Source: Hydrolagus affinis
Lineage: Eukaryota
Direction of reading: 5' to 3'
Length of the DNA stretch: 64,000 bases
Assembly (NCBI GenBank): GCA_012026655.1
Contig: JAAILG010000262.1
Span: 1 to 64,000, forward strand
The notes beneath the pieces were generated by a model, which was given only the letters and a program-made list of their open reading frames with translations, was not told where the DNA came from and did no database searches. The position numbers were made by a program, and so were the translations under genes. This document shows positions 38,831 to 64,000 of this stretch, in pieces (within the stretch, counting starts at the first letter, position 1; the number at the start of each line of letters is the position of its first letter).

Positions 38831-39437
38831 CCAACACAGTAGCCTGGTGCCCCTCCCACAGTGGTTTTGTTGGCCAGATTTGTTGTCATCGTCATCATCA
38901 TCATCATATTTGCATTTGATACAGCCATTTATCTCATATTCTAGACCGCCTTGAAGTGCTTTGCAGGATGTACTGTAAACTGAATGGACCGGATCTATAT
39001 ATGTTTTTGGAGGGAGGTGTGTGGCAAACGGCAACTTGGATTTATATATTATATATATATCGCCCCCCCCACCTCACGTCGGCATCTCGGAGTACATTCC
39101 GCGTAGCCCTTTGAGGCGTCTGGGAGATGTGAAAAGCGCTATAACAAAATGCAAGTACTGTATTATTAATACTTCCCACTGAGTCGCTGGCAGGGAGCGG
39201 ACCTGATGCAGAGACACACTCACGCAAGGCGGCAGGTGGTCACCGGGGGCTTGGAGGAACCATCCCCAACATCACGTGTGTTAGGGCTATCTTCATCATT
39301 TAACCTGGGCAGACATTGGGTTTCAAAGAAGAAAATACATTCATGTCTGAGTAAAAAAAAATTGTCAGCATGTGAATATTAACACTGAACTGCAATGATA
39401 AAACAGAAAGCAAATTGGAAGGTGTAAAACCTTTTCA

Positions 39438-39443
39438 TTTATT
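39438..39443 (-). terminator. Candidate ARFGEF2 polyadenylation signal (3'UTR about 3.2 kb)
   Basis: Minus-strand AATAAA at the end of an AU-rich stretch free of young SINEs, about 600 bp before the CSE1L promoter. Confidence 0.5.
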
Positions 39444-42400
39444 AACTGATGGGAAGAAGATAATCAGTATTGTACAGAATACTTTGACATAAAAAAACTT
39501 TACAATAGTTATTTCTTATATAATCTTTCTCCAAAATATTTATACATCCACAGTGGCAAGGAATGCTTGTAAATTACTAATATTTTTAAATGCACTTCAC
39601 ATTAATACATAGTTCATTCATAAAACTCTCCTGTGAGTAATTAACTTTTACATTGTCCATAATGTTGTCAATTTAAATATGTAAACATAACATCCTGCAC
39701 AAAAATATCCCAAGCATTACATTGAAAATGGATTAGAATTGAGCAATTTGGATAAATCAATAATCACATCAGTTCAATTGTTTCAGGATTAGGTTAAGTT
39801 TGCAAAATGGACAATGCATTTTCCCAAACTGAAGTCTTACTGGTGTGATAAACAAGACATTTTACTTTTTGTATTGACTTCATATGTTTGGATATGCATA
39901 TAGACTAAACCAAGACAGATTATTAGAATATATTTAATGACATTTGTTGCATCCATTAGGTTCAGAAACCCAGCAGCTTAATATTTTTGCCTACAGTCCG
40001 GTAAATGAGAGATTAGTTTGATACTTAGCCATGCATTGACAGTTTGAAAATTACATTTCTTGGAAGTAATTTGATCAAAAAGACGGCTGTGGGTAAATGC
40101 ACCTCTTGGTGTTCTGGGATGGTCCCAGGTTCAATTTGTGGTGCTACAATCAAGATAGATAATCAGGGGCCCTCTATACTCTAGGCTAAATAGGGGGGTA
40201 AAAACACCAAGCTTCCTGCTTTCGATTAGCACCCAAGGCTTGCTCTATTGTGTGCAGTAAAGTTGGTTGAGAATAAGTAGTGCAGGATAATGGAAGCAAT
40301 ATATAAGAGATTTGCACCATCAGCGGTTAAATTGAAGTTTTATGGTGATACAAGACCTAGTTTCACGTGGATAATGGACGCAATACATTGCACTACTGTT
40401 TCCAAGTCACCATCAGGAAGCTAACTACAAGCATAAATGTAAATACTCAGGCATACAGACAGCTTCCCAGATCATTGTTTTTTTTTAGCAATGAACTGGT
40501 GGACAATAAATCATTTGCTTTTAATCTTAGAAGGGAGGCCAAAAAAATAAAATGCCCTGTGGGGGTCAATGACTTACTGGTTACAACTATCTTCCTCAAT
40601 GGACACACTTTCTAAATTATAAATTGATCTATTGCAATTTTTAACCAATTCAAATTAAATCAGCAACCTATGAAAATAAGTCAGTAAATGTATTTGTCAA
40701 TATCCACACGGCACACAAAACTAATGCAATGAAGGAAGATTAGCAAATAAAATAGCTACTTGGTTCTTATGGTGCAAAATGTGAAAATTAATTTTAAGTC
40801 TTCATTTTATGCAGATGTTGAGGCTGTTACACAACCTATTTATTTTTGTTTTATTTTGGTACAGTATTTGCAGAACAAAAAAAATGCACAGAAAAAGACA
40901 GCTCTCAGATATGCAAATACAGCAGGGCTCACTCATAATAATGAATGTATAGTTTGATTAGTGTCATTTTCATACAATTTAAAATTTCTCATAATTTAAT
41001 GTACAGAACCTATTTTCCTGCAATCAACCGACAGTTAGGACTTCATAAACTTTCAATGATTGCATTACAATTATTAATCCTTCAGTGTGTACATTACACA
41101 TCAATACAAAGCACAATGGCTTTCAGCAGAAATACAGATCCACAATTGATTATCCCCATCCAATAAACTTAACCTAATTACTTAAAAACAGCCTGAAGTA
41201 ACTACAAGACTGTAACCTCATCTTTAAGTGTGCTAAAAAATCTGCCAGTTAAAAATATGGTTAGACCTCATTCATACTTTGAAATCACTTCTCAATAGGA
41301 TCACACCCTTTCCATTCACTTCAATGTGTATATATATATATTATCATCAATATAACTCAATATAATTGTAATTTTGCCTTCCAAGATTAAAAGACAGCTA
41401 ATTCCAAATCACCTGAATTTTAACTTAATATTGAAACTGATCAACTAATCTCAATTAACTAAATTACTTTGGTTATCACCTCCCCATCTCAATGGTAACC
41501 TTTAAGAGATTTTAAATATTGTGACAAGAAAATATTTACCGTGCCCTTTTCAGCTATTCTGTCCCCCTTTATTATTGCCCCTCCTTTTCATTTTCTTTCC
41601 CATTGTGTGCACTATTCCCTGTACAAAACCAAAGGCAAATTACCCAAGATATGTGCCGATTTCTTTCATAGCAGAGAACTCAAAAGAGAATAAATAGAGT
41701 GAACCACGGTGAAACCTCCAGCGATCACTATTTCTTAGAAACGAATCTCATTCCTGCCTGGCTGCTCTCCTTGACAGGACATCCAAGATCGGCCCAGTAA
41801 GCAACAAACATAACAATCCACTTCATACATTTTCCCCCAAACCTCACATTTTGTTTGCACTGACCTGTTTATTAACTTGTTTTAATGTAGCCAACTTCAA
41901 AACTAGCTCTACTAGAAACTTATTAGACTGAATTTATTAGTTTTTACTAACTTGTCATAATTTGCAGGCCGAATTGTATCTGATAATGAGTAGGTTCTAC
42001 TGTAGCAATGCAAGAACTAAAAAGGAGACAAAACAGCCGTTAATCCCTCACACATTTGAACTGTATATTTAGAAATTATTAATTTAAACAATTTAATTTT
42101 ATGATTATAATTTAAATTATGTCATTTACAATCAATCTCACAATTAACACATGTGTGCTTTCCATCATTGTCGCAACCCATTTCAAGTTTTTACAGTTAT
42201 ATCTATCATCTTAAAACTTCTCATCCATTTATGAGCACTGAAACTCCTGTGGAATTATGAACCCCATTTTACACTGGACACCGCATCAAACCACACGTTT
42301 ACCTGAAACTTTTACTGTTTAAGAATGTGTAGTTCCCTTGAGTGTTGACACATAATATAGAAACCCAAAATCCCTGAAATTTATCTACTCGTTTTCTAAG

Positions 42401-42674
42401 AGAAAAACAAATTTGGTTGAGGGTGCAAAAGGAAACCTTTGCAAATATTCTTGTAAAGCAAATAAAATAGAAATGGGGATTGTAAGTTACAATGGGATTC
42501 TGGACTTGTGACTCACAAACACCCCTTTTACATATAGAAGAGAATACAGATCACTTATTCAGGAAACCCTAATTAATATTTCAAAAAAATAGCTCTAGAA
42601 TTAATTATTTTCATTGACTTTACATGTCGAGACATTCATTCAAGGAGAGATGAAGAAGCACATTTGACTTTTTG

Positions 42675-63416
<20,742 letters not shown>

Positions 63417-63639
63417 CTACAAACAAAAATTAAGAATTCTGATTAAAAAAAGTCCAAGTATAAATTAAATATCCAAAAATGATTTAGAATAGCTAACAAA
63501 ATTACACCCAATGAAACTGCTGAGAAATCAATATCAACACACAAAAAAAAGCACAGGCTATATATATATATATGAAGCAAATTTCACAACTTTAAAACCT
63601 ACTGATTAATGTATAGTTCCCGAAATCCTAAACTTTAAA

Positions 63640-63830
63640 AAAAAATCTTTGGCTGTACTTCTGGGAATAAAGGGATATTGCCTGCGTGCGAGCCTGCAGC
63701 CATTCTGCCTCACTCCCTGGAACTCCATCCGCAGTTCCTCTGCCTCGCCCCATCCCTCGCCTCCTTGAAGACCCACCTCAAGGACCTCCTCTTTGACCAT
63801 GCTATCAATCATCCTCCTTTCCTCTACCCC
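63640..63830 (+). mobile_element. L2-clade LINE fragment (end of ORF2 and 3'UTR)
   Basis: ccctggaactccatcc...cctccttgaagacccacctcaaggacctcctctttgaccatgc. A similar degraded piece lies at about 8097-8270. Confidence 0.6.
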
Positions 63831-64000
63831 TGCAATTTGTAGTTGCTCAAACTCAACACAGTTACTTATTACATAAACAAATAAAGTAGAGGAAGTCTAC
63901 AGTGTTACCTTGTTAAATTGTAAGATAAAGAATAAACCAAAATAATCGATACACGGAATAAACGTGCTCTCGAATAAGTGTTTGGTAAAGCTTGTTTATT

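Noticed and set aside
37687-39034. Overlapping ORFs in the CSE1L CpG island
   Set aside because: Stop-poor GC-rich promoter DNA with no recognisable domains.

Overview
Vertebrate genomic DNA with compact spliced genes and two 100-N assembly gaps (22767-22866, 37731-37830). The SINE and L2 content suggests a cartilaginous fish, probably a chimaera such as Callorhinchus; this species call is inference. Four protein-coding genes were rebuilt exon by exon with canonical GT-AG sites and continuous frames: an RDH10-like SDR16C retinol dehydrogenase (+, 311 aa), STAU1 (-, about 695 aa, with an intact dsRBD1), CSE1L (-, 971 aa) and ARFGEF2/BIG2 (-, 37 exons, 5' end outside the window). Introns carry a young tRNA-headed SINE, older DeuSINE-like copies, L2 3' ends and one MITE. 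I see no clearly new biological system. The best leads are a probable RDH10 ohnolog beside STAU1, a STAU1 orientation that differs from human, a phase-symmetric dsRBD1 cassette, inverted repeats inside the STAU1 pre-mRNA, a 26-bp repeat next to a cryptic 41-nt ARFGEF2 exon, and a second CSE1L promoter candidate. All comparisons to human proteins and gene order are from recall, not from alignments.
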